This document shows, in pieces, positions 13,870-27,510 of a stretch of DNA of 64,000 nucleotides. Positions within the stretch are counted from its first letter, which is position 1; each line of letters opens with the position of its first letter. The notes under the pieces were generated by a model, which made no database searches, was not told the origin of the DNA, and saw nothing but the letters and a program-made list of their open reading frames with translations. The translations under genes were made by a program, and so were the position numbers. Source of the DNA: Octopus vulgaris (Eukaryota); the NCBI GenBank assembly GCA_951406725.2, contig OX597828.1, positions 10,726,001 through 10,790,000 of the forward strand, written 5' to 3'.

Positions 13870-15195
13870 TGGCTATACCGGTTCAGTAATAGTAAGTGAA
13901 AAATTAACCATTTGCGCTAAATGGACGATCTGGAGCCCTTTAGTACGAATGGAAAAGAGACAGATTCTTTAATACCGACTGCAAGACTCTTCAGCAAATA
14001 TATGGGCATGGAATTTGGCATAGATAAGTATGCAATATTAGACATGAGAATGGGGCATGTAGTCAACAGTAAAAGCATCCAGTTCCCAGATGGCTTGACG
14101 TTAAAATCATTGAAAGGAGGAGTGAGTTATAGGTATCTGGGGGTATTAGCATCTGATAGGGTAATAACTATAAAAACGAAAACTAAAATTGAAAAGGAAT
14201 ACATCAGAACAGCTAGGAAGCTAATGAAGTCAAAGCTAAATGGTTCGAATCTAGTGAAAGCTTTAAATACTTGGGCAGCATCATTAGCTCGATACTCAAC
14301 ATCTTTTCTAGATTGGACAAAAACTTAATTACCAAGGCTATACATAAGAACTAGGAAGGAATTCAATATGAATGGAAGACTCCGCCCAAAGGCAAGAGTA
14401 GCGAGATTATTCTTACCTGGATTGGAAAGCGAAAGGGGGTTAATATCAATAGAAAGACTGCGTGGAGTTAGCTTGAGTAGATATAGACTCCTATGTAGGT
14501 AATCGTGAAGAAAGAGTATAAAAAACTACTAAAGTCACAGCAAGACATAGGGAAATGAAAAACCCGAAGTTGAAAGCCAGGAAAAAGGTGAAGTCATGGC
14601 ATAACAGATTTCCATAGATAGTTGCGGCAAAAAGTAGTAGTGAGACATTGTTATAGTTGCAGCAAGGAAAGCTGAAGAGGGAAATAGAAAGTTTATTAGT
14701 AGCTGCACAAGACCAAGCGTTAAGGACTTATTGGATAAAAGCAAAGAAAAACAAATTTATTCCCAATGTAGGTTATGTAAATCAAAAGAAGAAAGCGTTA
14801 CTCATGTAGTAAGGCACAGAAAGAATACAAGAAAAGACATGACAGCCTAGGGATAGTAAACCACTTGGAATTACGTAGAAAGCTAGGATTTGAGCATACT
14901 GATAAATGGTATGAATATGAACCTAGTAAAGTATTAGAAAGTTTTAAAAATATTAGATTTTGTAGGACTATAAGATTCAGACTGCGAGAGTAATAGAACT
15001 TGAGGGCCTAATTTAGTAGTTGTAGACAAAAAGAATAGAAAATACCAGATAATTGACTTTACAGTCCAAAATATTGTTATTGGGAACCGCTAGGATACTT
15101 AGGAGGATCCTAGGCATCTAAGTTTACTTGTTGTAGCCCAATGTTAGGATTTTTTTCTTTTTCAACAGTCTAATCTGTTGTGTGTATATGAAAAT
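13870..15195 (+). pseudogene. R4/Dong-type non-LTR retrotransposon, 5'-truncated (RT C-terminus, zinc knuckle, restriction-like endonuclease)
   Basis: ORF 13921-14328 has MDDL, MEFGIDK, YRYLG and SKLNGSNLVKALNTWA..RYS; downstream broken frames give CRLCKSKEESVTHV, KRHD, KWYEYEP and RPNLVVVDKKNRKYQIID, the layout of R4-clade elements. Confidence 0.85.
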
Positions 15196-15575
15196 AGCAA
15201 ATATTCTGATCAGTACCACAGATTTGCTTGTCATTTATTTGGCCTTAACCAGTTGAGCATGTCCCTTAGTGGTTGACGGTATGTATATCTCTGATCACGA
15301 GCAGAAATAGTGGGGGAGTATCATAGCTATGTGCTAAGAGTATTTCTTTGGGGTTTGGATAATTCACATTTGGAAACATAGGTGTTACGTTCAACATCCT
15401 TAAACAAACCTTATTCAGGAACCTTTTTGAGCGGGATGGGCTATTCGATCTGCAGAAAACTCTAACTGGGTCCCACCTGCAAGATCATGTGCTGTGTATA
15501 TTGATATGTGATCACTATGTCGCGCACATGTGGTTGTGATGCATGAACCTGGTGTACTCTTATAAGACTGGGCTT
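15196..15575 (-). mobile_element. Interspersed repeat family E (partial)
   Basis: Reverse complement of ~47870-48250. Confidence 0.75.
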
Positions 15576-15643
15576 CGTACATTTTACACTTTGATGGCGA
15601 ATAATAATATTTGAAAAGAATTGATGTAACTTTTGTCTGTATC

Positions 15644-15687
<44 letters not shown>

Positions 15688-15721
15688 TAATGGTGATGAT
15701 GATGATGATGATGATGATTTC

Positions 15722-16470
15722 ATTTATTTGGGACAAGTGTGAAGGTTGGATGGGATAAAGAGACAGACATAATTTGTTGGAGTTACATATGATAATGAAA
15801 TGATGAAAAAAATAAAGTATACACGGCATACACTGGAAAAGAGGGCACATATGCATAGCATGCAAAGGTAAAAAAAAAGGAGGATAGAGATGTGACACTC
15901 CTGATACAGGAACACCTCTAGTGATAATCGAGGAACCTCAGTCTCCGAAATTTCCCTGATGCTCGAGAAGCAAATGCTCTCTCCAATTCCATCTCTCCGA
16001 CTGACAGGTCTACACTTAGAGAGGTACCATCCACTGTTGCCATTTTGGAAATTTGTTTTTAGCCACTGCAACCGACTCAAATTCCTTTAGGATAGTGCTG
16101 ACCGTCTCCACCTCGGAGGCGTCCGACATTATGACGGTGACATCGTCTGCGTATGCTGACTCTGCCCTTCCTTATCCCAGTTCGAAATGGATGCCCCTTA
16201 GCTGTTCCAACTTCCGCAACTGTGGCTTTTCGCTAACACCTTATCCAAAATCTTAAACTCCTCTGTGTTTAGCAGAGTTATGAGCCAAAAATTTTCTAGT
16301 ACGTCCCCATTGTCGGCGTCCTTCCTCAGCTGTGTCGCTAAAGCTCTGCTAACAGCACTTGGAATTCTCCTGTTCTGTTACCAGTTGCACCAGACGTCTG
16401 TGAAGAGGTCAGCAAAGAAATTTGGCATGAATACATAGAAATCGTAGGGCGGATCATCCAAGCTGAGGCA
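15722..16470 (-). pseudogene. Tx1/L1-clade LINE relic, internally deleted, with AATAAA and (ATC)n tail
   Basis: Minus strand gives LDDPPYDFY..MPNFFADLF, LRKDADNGDVLENFWLITLLNTEEFKILDKVLAK and SAYADDVTVIMSD..KEFESV; 3' end reads aaataaatgaaatcatcatc. Confidence 0.75.
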
Positions 16471-16616
16471 TCTACCACCGATTTGTGCAATCGCTGATCG
16501 GCTCCCAAATGTCGGTGGCTGTTTTCACCTATCACATAACCTCGTGCCAGTTGCACATTATCATTCATGAAGGGCCCTCCTAAAGTCTTCTTCTCCGGCT
16601 TTAGCCGAAAGGCCTA

Positions 16617-16900
<284 letters not shown>

Positions 16901-17214
16901 ACTATATAGAGATGCACACGCATATACACACACACACGGTAGCACACAAAAACATACACCTATACGCGTATACACACTTTCACATATGTACATGCATGAA
17001 TGTGTGCTAAATGTATCTGAACTTTCTGAGGTATTTCATCAAAGATTTTACGGAACAATTGTTTCCCAGTGCTTTTTTAAAAGATTTGTACGTAACGTAC
17101 AGGACACTTTTGCCAAAATACTCTGTTACATATTAAACTAGCTTTTGTCTCCAAGTGATGTGAGCGAACAACTATAAACAGTCAGACACACACCTTTTCA
17201 CATATATAAGAGGG

Positions 17215-17346
17215 GATCCATATACCTTATTCACCCACAAAGCGTTTGTCGATTCTAGATTGATGATATTTACCTGAGGAGAAGTGCAGTAGGACTGAAA
17301 CTGAAGCCGCATTGGTGCAAGGCATTTTTCTTAAACACAGAGCCAA
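17215..17346 (-). mobile_element. Old, degenerate SINE-A-like head
   Basis: Reverse complement ggctctgtgtttaag...gtttcagtcctactgc...ctttgtgggtgaat parallels the SINE-A 5' half. Confidence 0.4.
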
Positions 17347-17421
17347 GTCTTGACCAATGTATAGCAACATATCAAAATACATGCAACCACACACAGACAT
17401 ATGCGTCATTTTATATCATTC

Positions 17422-17475
<54 letters not shown>

Positions 17476-17478
17476 TAT

Positions 17479-17534
<56 letters not shown>

Positions 17535-18109
17535 CATATATATGTTTTTGCATATGTGTGCATTTGTAATCACATATACACAAAACACACACACACTCGC
17601 AAGCAAACACACAAGTCCACATGCATACACACCAACGCACAAACACACATACGTGTCTACATATTCCCCCATGAGAAAAACTACATTAAAAACTGCTTTC
17701 CTTTGAGACTCGCTAACAATTGCTTCTATGTTTTGCCTTGGTTCCTTCAAATAAAATGCAAATTTCAATTCATTGAAAAATATTTGTATGTCATCCAATA
17801 CATCACCATCTAACTGATAGATACTATTTCAAGTGTCACCAATTATCTTCAAGAAACTTCAGAAATTTCAAGTAATTTCTGCACATGATATATATGCCTA
17901 TATGTTTTGCTATAGCGTAATAGATTTCAATCATACATGAATGAATGATTCAAAGTATTTATGATGTTTAAATATTACCTTAATGTTATTTGGATGATGT
18001 ATTTAATAATGTATAAGAAAAAAAGCAAGATTGATTTGTTTCTCTTTCTCTCAGTAGCTACAACTTTATTACTCGTAGGTCAAATCGAAACCCTCAGCTT
18101 AAGTTTCAT

Positions 18110-18416
18110 CATATTCTGTTGTGTCTGGGGAGAGTTATTTTTATTTTTGTGCCTTATAATGTAACACACTCACCGGTAAAATTCCCACTTATTTCTTATT
18201 TTTATTTTCCTAAAATTTTCGTTGCGTGCTGCAATCTTTTCAACGAAAATTTTAGGAAAATATAAATAAGAAATAAGTGGAAATTTTACCGGTGAGTGTG
18301 TTACATTATAAGGCACAAAAATAAAATGACTCTCCCCAGACACAACAGAATATGCCTCAACACACGAACTCATATAAAGAATTTTGCAAACCAAATCCCA
18401 AAACGAAGTACATCAT
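18110..18416. mobile_element. PLE-terminus-like repeat (family P3) as a tight fold-back
   Basis: Arms 18110-18224 and 18241-18354 are near-perfect reverse complements with a 16-nt spacer; homologues at 19141-19346 and 40794-40982. Confidence 0.75.
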
Positions 18417-18647
18417 ATAGTTTTGATGAAAAGTGCCGATATCCTTGCTAGAAAGTATTTATGTATAAATATATGTTCATATATATATCTGCGTGTATGC
18501 AAGGCTGTGTGTATTTATTAGTGTGTAAGTATGTATGCAAGTGCGCTTATGTATTCCTGTATACGTGTGTGGATTTATGTGTTTGTAATTGTGTGTGCGT
18601 GCGTGTCTGCGTCTGTATCCGTGTGTGTATGTTTGTGTGAAGGAAGT

Positions 18648-18810
18648 AGAGGCGCGTATCTTGGTGGTTAGCGGGTGCAATCACGATCGTAAGATTGTAG
18701 TTCCTATCCCTGACCCGGATAATGTGTTCTACTCTTGACAAAACTCTATTTCTCATTACTACAGTTTATTCAGCTCGCCAAAATAACTAATCCTATGACG
18801 GACTGGTATA
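18648..18810 (+). mobile_element. Degenerate tRNA-derived SINE
   Basis: gaggcgcgt..ttggtggttag head and decayed B-box (agttcctatccc), similar to the SINE-B head. Confidence 0.35.
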
Positions 18811-19140
18811 TTCGCCACAGAATCCAGCAACTAGTTTCGGAAAGGAACTTTGATCCGTTGCTTCGTTTTTGTTGGATTTTTTTCTAGTATCTTTTTCGGT
18901 TTATGAAAAATTTTATATGAATGAAGGAGTGTTATGACGGTGATTCGGAAAGTGAACTACAGAATATGTTTTTTTACATCTAAAATTTCAGAAAACTGGT
19001 GTGTTTTTACTGGTGGAAATTATACCTTTCAAAAGTGATAAAACCAACGATTTGTGCTAACGAATACTACACATGCTTTAATTGTTAAGAAGTAAAAATA
19101 CGAGGAAATTATTTGAAATTTTAGAAAGGAATGATATGCC

Positions 19141-19346
19141 ATGAATATTTCGTTTTTGGATTTGGTTTGCAAGATTCTTTATGTGAGTTCGTGTGTTGAA
19201 GCATATTCTGTTGTGTCAGGGGAGAGTCAATTTCTTTTTGTGCTTTATGATTCATAAAAATAAGAAGTGGAAATTTTACCGGTGAGTGTGTTAAATTATA
19301 AGGGACGAAAAGAAAATGACTCGCCCCAAACACGACAGAATATGCC
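19141..19346. mobile_element. Family P3 repeat, second fold-back copy
   Basis: 19141-19250 is inverted relative to ~18305-18416; ~19201-19248 pairs with ~19298-19345. Confidence 0.7.
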
Positions 19347-19674
19347 ATGAATACTTTAGAGCAAATAGTAAACAATTTAAAGTTCTTTTGTTTTTCACGT
19401 GAGCATGAAGTGTAAGTTCCTGTAACATATATTAATAAATACGTATAGCACTAGAACTGAAGTCTTATTAGAAAATATATAGTCTGAAATATATTGAAAG
19501 AAATTTGCCACGATGTTTGCATGTTGTCTGCTCGACGCTTTTGGACAAATTAATTGACATGGAAGTCTTGAATATAAAACTGTGTCCACGTTACTAGACA
19601 GATGTTAAGCGAATTCATGTCATGTGTGTTAATATTCTTTTTTACTATTGCCCTGAAACTTTTAATGAAAGCAG

Positions 19675-19777
19675 CTAGTTGATTAGATCGACAAGTATGC
19701 AACTTGTATGTATTTCATCAATTCCGAAAGGGATAAAGGCATAGTGGAACGAGGGAAATTAGAACTCGAAGGTAAAA
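19675..19777 (-). mobile_element. SINE family C fragment (degenerate)
   Basis: gattagatcgac..caacttgta..ccgaaagggataaaggc..gaactc matches the SINE-C core. Confidence 0.45.
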
Positions 19778-21976
19778 TTACCCTAGTCAAATAAATGGAT
19801 GTAACTTGTCAGGCATGTAGAACCGATTGATGGGGAATCCAAGATGGCCTCTGGCTATCCGGGCTCTGCTGGTCAAAGCAGGCCACATGACGTTATTAGT
19901 TTGGTGACGACATAAATCCTTTTTTTCGAATTCCTTGAACCCTATACTTGACTAAGGGACAGAGGCTTGGTTGCTAATAGGAAACGTCCACTGGTGGGTG
20001 TGTTTTGGCGTGCTTATACCTGGTGATTACGTGTGAGTGAGTGCGTCTACTGTGAGCAGGTATGAGACTATTGAGTATGTATGTATTCGCGCAACCTGAC
20101 GCATAAATGCACACAGAGACACTCATTCACACACACACACAGACATAAACACACACGCATGCATATATATGTATGTGTGAGTGTGTGATTGTATGTATGT
20201 ATGTATGTATGTATATTGCTGACTATTCAGACCGCATGAATTTGTTTTTCCCGCGGCCACATTTTGTAGAACCCTACGTCATCATGGTCTGCAGCTGATC
20301 TGTAGCCCACTTTCGACAAGTGGTGAATATGCATCGAGACATGGAGAAAGAGATCTAGTAAATAATAAGGGCCGGATGGAAATCTTCGCCATCAAGAAAG
20401 ATGTGCTCAAAAGTAAGTTGAATAGAGCCTCACGCACCAACCTCTTCATGAGTTTAGGCAACACGGCACGTCAAATGAAGCTTGAATTTTCGTTTATTTA
20501 ACTTGAAACTTCAGTTTTATTCCTGGGTTCAATGTTGTGCATATAAATCTAGTTATTGTGCCACAATACAACTTGCGCAAATAACTGTCAGTAGCCAAAT
20601 TTGAAATCAAATTTGCAAAGTTTGCACTCCAAGATATTGTATAAAATGCCCTTGCTAAACACAGATATGAATACAGCTCTACCTGGTAACTATTTACGAC
20701 TAACAGGAGTAGATTACTTAGTAATTGTAATAGATATAAAAATAGAACGGTGGCAGTTAATGTTTGGTGTGAGATCAAGTACTTTAATACATTTTGGACT
20801 CTACCAGCTTTGGTATTTCTTACGATTCAATTTAAGTATTCTGTTTTACTTTCAAAAAATGGTCAGCCTATATAGAGCGGACATTTTGTAGAATATTTTA
20901 AAACGAGATGCGATAAGTGGTCTCTAAATTTCACAAAAATTACCTCATGGGAATTATATGTTGTATGACGTTGATTGGTGTTTTTTCTCTGATTATCATT
21001 GAAGTTTAAATGTAATTAGGAAACTATTGACATGTCATTCTATTAGTAGTATCATAAAAATTGTTAGATAGTAAAAATAAGATCAAAATGGCTGACCGAT
21101 ATTGTGAAACTTGTGTATATTCATTTTATATTTATTTTGTATTTACTTTTTTAGTAAAGATGTATTGCCTTGTCTAACTTCAATTTCCTTTCCATCAAAA
21201 TAGAGTAAATACATCTCAATACAAACAATTTCATCGTGTCTTACTAATAAAAGCCATTTTTATTTGATTAAAAATAACCATAAGTAATATAAATACGGCA
21301 AAAACATTGTAAATAAAAACTGGCCGAAAAGAGAAATAAAATGGAAAGACAAGAGGTACGGCAATAGTTTGTGTCTATCATTAGCGAACGAAGACACTTA
21401 TATAGCAATCCATATGTCTCCCTCGACACAGCAATGGAAAAGAAACGAACAATATAATAAAACCTACGTGAATATACGCGAAGAAAGGAGAAAGAAAAAA
21501 AGATATATATGAATAAAATACTGAAAACGAACAAGTGTTTGATTTAAAAGGTGTAAGAACGGCAAAAGAAATACAGGTAATAAAAATAAGCTCGATAGAG
21601 TAGAACGAAGGAAAATCTACTAGAAATTTTCGCCATTATTTATAGTGCAGGAAGAGAAGAAAAAAATATCATAACGGAAATTTCAGACGTACAAGAGTTC
21701 ATGGCATTAAAACAAAGGGAATTAAACTGAAATGGGCACTGAGTTGGAAAGATAAGAAAATCTTTGAAAAATAACATTGTGCACACAAATATACATACAC
21801 AAAGACACACACAAATATGCATGAGTGTATATATGGACACTCCACCATAAATGCACAGATACACACAGGCACACTGAGCTATGCAACCACATACTCTCAT
21901 ATACAGGTATGGAATAAATAGTAAAACTGGAAAACAGGCGCGATTAAACGTAGTCGCATACTTACGAGCATGTACG

Positions 21977-22026
<50 letters not shown>

Positions 22027-22532
22027 GAGAGAGAGAGATACATACATATATATATACACATATATATATCGATAGATAGATAAATACATACATACATATA
22101 CATATCTGTGTATACATACATGTATATATATATCTATATGTATGTATTTATATACATATATATGCGTTTAGATGCGTAAAGAACAGGAATGTATAGGATA
22201 TATACATTCATAATTCATGTATACCTGCGTGACTCTGTATGCCCCAATGTCTGTGAGTGTAAATGCGTGCAGATGAGGAGGGAGAGATGGAGAGGGACAA
22301 AAGGGGACCAACATATCAGTATATACGTACAGATATAATTTTATGCATCTGTTTAAATATATATGCACATTTTTATTCCTGGACAGGCAAATATACAAAA
22401 TATATGTACACACACACATACATTCACATATACATACATGCGCATCTTAAGTATACACATGTTTTGCATGGATAAATATGTATATAAAGGCGCACAAACA
22501 TACATATATTCATATGTATATATTTCTTTCCA

Positions 22533-22565
<33 letters not shown>

Positions 22566-22576
22566 TCACACAGGCA

Positions 22577-22654
<78 letters not shown>

Positions 22655-22798
22655 CAAAGAAACAGAAAGCAAGTATATATGAACGCATGAACTTATATGT
22701 TTATAAGTATGAAAGAATACATCTCACAGTGTAAATACACTCAAAATATGCACAGTTATTCTCTCTCACACATACACACGTTTCTCTGTCTCACTGTG

Positions 22799-22836
<38 letters not shown>

Positions 22837-23114
22837 GAACTCACCCCACACACAACAATACTCCCACGAACATCACATATATCTTTATAAGGCTATAGAT
22901 GACTGTTTATGCCTACATTATAAATCTTTGCATATTGTTCTCGTGCCAGACGCCACTTTTGCACACAGCCTATTCACTTGAAGTCTTTGCCCAATTATAT
23001 GTATTTCTGTTCCTACTCTTACATACTCCTACACATAGCTTCAGCACTTTATACTTATTTATCTCAGCTACCTATATTTGCGGATCACACAAAAAAAGCA
23101 AAATTACCGTGATT

Positions 23115-23229
23115 TATATGTGTGTCTATATATATATACACACACACATATATATATATATATATAAATATATATATACATACTTATATATATATATGTA
23201 TATATTCATATATATATACATAAATATAC

Positions 23230-23275
<46 letters not shown>

Positions 23276-23322
23276 TATTTATGTATATATGTATATGTAT
23301 ATATACATATTTATATATATAC

Positions 23323-23375
<53 letters not shown>

Positions 23376-23575
23376 CATAAATATACATATATATATATGT
23401 ATATTTATGTGTATATATACATATATATATATGAACATATATATATATACACACATATATATAAACAGATATATATATATGTTTGTATATAAGTATGTAT
23501 ATACATATACCTGTATATAACAACATTCACACACAAACACACATATGTATGTGTGTGTGTGTGTGTGTGTATGTG
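23115..23575. repeat. Long degenerate (TA)n/(TATG)n/(TG)n tract
   Basis: Directly visible. Confidence 0.9.
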
Positions 23576-23967
23576 TATTTCAAGGAAGGTAATGAAGATG
23601 GTAATAATAATAAAACTAATAGATTACGTGTGTTTCTGGGGGCGGGGTAGTTGAAGAGATATATAGATGGATACTTACACACGCGCACACAAACATACAC
23701 AGTCTCACAATCGCTCGTATGTTCACCCCCCCCTTGTAACCATATAATAAAATATATATTTCTTATATCAATATAGTACATATACATATAAAAAATATTA
23801 TAACACATGAATGCATCCATCCCCACGCACACATGTGTGCAAAATTATGCGTATATATACAGAATTTACGCACGACACGTATTCCCGACTCTTACACAGA
23901 CACCCCACACACATACACACACACACGCAAACAAAATTAGAGGATACATAAAGACATGTATGTGTTT

Positions 23968-24033
<66 letters not shown>

Positions 24034-24051
24034 TATATATATATATATAAT

Positions 24052-24119
<68 letters not shown>

Positions 24120-24197
24120 GTATTTTCATACAACCACAGACAAACACATACGCATAAGCGCACATACATACACACACATATAGAGAGAGAGGTAGCT

Positions 24198-24239
<42 letters not shown>

Positions 24240-24246
24240 GTGTATG

Positions 24247-24282
<36 letters not shown>

Positions 24283-24739
24283 TATATATATGCATAAATA
24301 TATTGTATGTAGTAAGTTCGGTCAAACTAACATGCTCCGATAGAAAGCATGTGAAGAGATAAGATTGATGAGCGTGTATAGAGAGAAAGTAATAAAGAAA
24401 TGATTCTATATCGAACAGACTTCAATGATAGTGGTAGGGTTTAACGTGTCAAAAACGTGTTGAAGAGCGTGATTTAAACTTTGACTAAAGTAGAATACAT
24501 ACTGATACATTAGCAAATATGGCTGGAGTGGCTGTGAACTAGAATTTCTCGTTAGAGAGAGAGCACGCTTCGATAACCTCATGCAAATTGAAGGCATATA
24601 TCACTGATCGTTTATTACAATTGCCTCTTTGTGGAGCGGCCATCTTGGTTGAGTGAACTGATTAAAAACAGGAGGCAGACAGACGCTCTCGTATAGACGG
24701 ATTGTGGAAGGAAGGCAAGCGAAAAAGAAGGAAAATAAG

Positions 24740-24767
24740 ATAATGATGATGATGGTGTTGCTGCTGC

Positions 24768-24846
<79 letters not shown>

Positions 24847-25269
24847 GGTGGTGGTGGTGGCGGCGGCTGTGGTGGTGGCGGCGTCGGTGTTGATGGTGGT
24901 GAGTGGAAGGAGGAGTGTATGAGAAAAGATATTGAACATCATCCGCTAGGTTAACAGTAGGAACACCAGTTACAACAAATATGAAAAATAGTAGCAACGA
25001 AAACAACAACAGTAAGAAAAAAAAGGCAATAGCAACGGCGACGATGACGAAGAGGATAATCGTCATCATCATCACTATGATGATGATGATAATGATGATG
25101 ATGATGATGATGAAGGTTGTGGTGGTGGTGCTGGTAGTGGTGGTGATGATGATGGTGATGATGATGGCGATGGTGATGATGATGATGATGATATTGCGAT
25201 AATGAAGACGTCGACTACAACGGTGAAGAGGAGGGTGTTGTTGTTGACGCTGAAGGAGAAGGAGAAATA

Positions 25270-25300
<31 letters not shown>

Positions 25301-25520
25301 AAGAAAAGAAGAAGAAGAAGGAGGAGGAGGAAGAAGGAGGAGGAGGAGAAGAAGAAGAAGAAGAAGAAGAAGAAGAAGAAGAAGAAGAAGAAGAAGAAGA
25401 AGAAGAAGAAAATGATGGTGATGAAGAGCAGGAGGATGTAGACGACGACAACGACTACGAGAGAGTGGATGAGGAAGATAAAGGCGATGAAGAGAAAGAA
25501 GAGGAAGTAGAGGAAGAGGC
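24740..25520. repeat. Compound trinucleotide array (GAT, GTT, GGT, GAA, GAG)
   Basis: Directly visible; source of the poly-L/Q/H/K ORFs 24601-25564. Confidence 0.9.
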
Positions 25521-25922
25521 GAAGGGATGATAAATATTTCTTTGAAGAACAACAATAACTGCAATATGCATCACGGCGTATAAAACCACCGCGAATAGAT
25601 CATCGCCATAAGAGCTACAATCAAAACAGACCAGAAAGTGTAAGTTCGAAAGCGAAGCGTGAGGGCAAAATAACATATATTTTCCGAGGATTAGTTTAGT
25701 GACTAATACATAAATATAGAGATAGATGAAAAATATTAAGGATAGAGCAAGATAAGCTCTCGTTTGTAAAATGATGAGTGGAAACCTCTTCTGGATAAAT
25801 CTCCCGTCTTCTAGTCACTTTTGACTATCGGTTAACCATTTCTTCTTTCATATATGTATTTATGTACGTATCTGTGTGTGTGTGTGTGTATACATACATA
25901 CACATAGATATGCTTGGGTGTG

Positions 25923-25992
<70 letters not shown>

Positions 25993-26766
25993 CATATGTG
26001 TATATGTACATACACATAAATATGCATGGATATATATATATATACATATATACATATGTAAATATATCTTATACACACACACACGCACGCACATATATAT
26101 TTATATATCGCTGCATAAACGCTTCACCCACTTAGCATTCAATGGTCTTCTACGTTGTAAATTTAACCTTTGTAACGAAGTCAAGAGCAATATTTTCCTC
26201 TCGCCTCTCTCTTGTACCACCTTCTGTTTCTGTCACCTGCTCTCTCTCTCTCTCTCTCTCTCTCATTTTCTATCTCTCTCTCTCCTTCGGTCTCACTCTC
26301 ACTTGCCTACAAAGCCACACATTTTCTACACATGCACACACACACACACACATACACACACACACAAATGCTACTTATATGAATGTATTTTACATGTCCG
26401 CATGTCTATATCGATGCCCATACACGTAAATTGATAGGATTAAGTTCTTTTTCATCATTCTCTGTATGCGTATGTGTGTAAGTCTATGTGTGTGTATGTG
26501 TGTGTATGTGTGTGCGTGTGCATCTTTAGGCGTGCTCTTATGCGAGTTGAAGTACTTGATCTATATATGTGAATTCGTCTGAGTCTATGTAGCATATGTG
26601 TAAACAGCTACGTTCCCACGTATTAACGTGTCTGTTTTTAACACTTGGATATCCAAACGTTGCTTGCGTATATTTGAGTGTGCGTATATTTGAGTCTATT
26701 TGTATGTACATCCGATCGGATGTATAAAAGTGAGGGCTTCTCTCTTTCTCTGTTTTCTTTCTCTCT

Positions 26767-26834
<68 letters not shown>

Positions 26835-27344
26835 TTATACACATGTGGGTGTCTATGTGTACGTGTAAGTTCGTGGCTACGCAGTCTATGAAAAATGTGT
26901 TGGAGTTAAGTGTCATCTAACTTTGAAAGTACTGCCAACTTATGCATATCTTTATATAACAGAATATAGATCATCTAAGCGGTTATTAAATGTTGGAGAT
27001 CAGTTTTAAAGAAAATTTTCCAACTGTATTTTATGTAGATACGTCAAACTCAGAGCATTTTAGTTCCTGCTCTCTTATGTCAAACAATTAATTTCTTCTC
27101 ATAAATAACTCTGGTAACTTCATCAAATATCTCTGCTTGAATAGGATCTCCCGGAGAGATCCTACCCAACCTGTAGACAAACATATCTATTCTATTGATA
27201 AATCCGAATTATAAATTATTTAATGATAGAAGGTCACACATAAGCGTTGGCCCAGTGGCCGAAATGCTGAAGGTTTTAATCAGTACACTGAGACTGTCTT
27301 TCAACTGCGTTTCTACAAAGATCAGAGGTGTTATCTGTTGAGAG

Positions 27345-27441
27345 TTGTGTGTGTGTGTGTGTGTGCGTGTGTGTGTGTGTGTGTGCGTGTGTGTGTGTGT
27401 GTGTCTGTGTGTCTGTGTGTGTCTGTGTGTGTGCGTGCGTA

Positions 27442-27505
<64 letters not shown>

Positions 27506-27510
27506 TGTGT
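27345..27510. repeat. (GT)n microsatellite, left boundary of tandem duplication
   Basis: Directly visible. Confidence 0.95.

Noticed and set aside
13921-14328. Functional reverse transcriptase gene
   Set aside because: 5'-truncated, with a stop immediately before MDD and multiple downstream stops and frameshifts.
20270-20412. Possible exon ending at AA/GTAAGT
   Set aside because: One open frame but no recognisable product, and the upstream ACATTTTGTAGAA motif recurs at ~20881, hinting at repeat origin.
24662-25564. 300-aa ORF, the longest in the window
   Set aside because: Entirely low-complexity trinucleotide repeat; no evidence of coding.
27142-27164. Perfect 9-bp hairpin TAGGATCTC-CCGGA-GAGATCCTA
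   Set aside because: Short enough to occur by chance; no supporting context.
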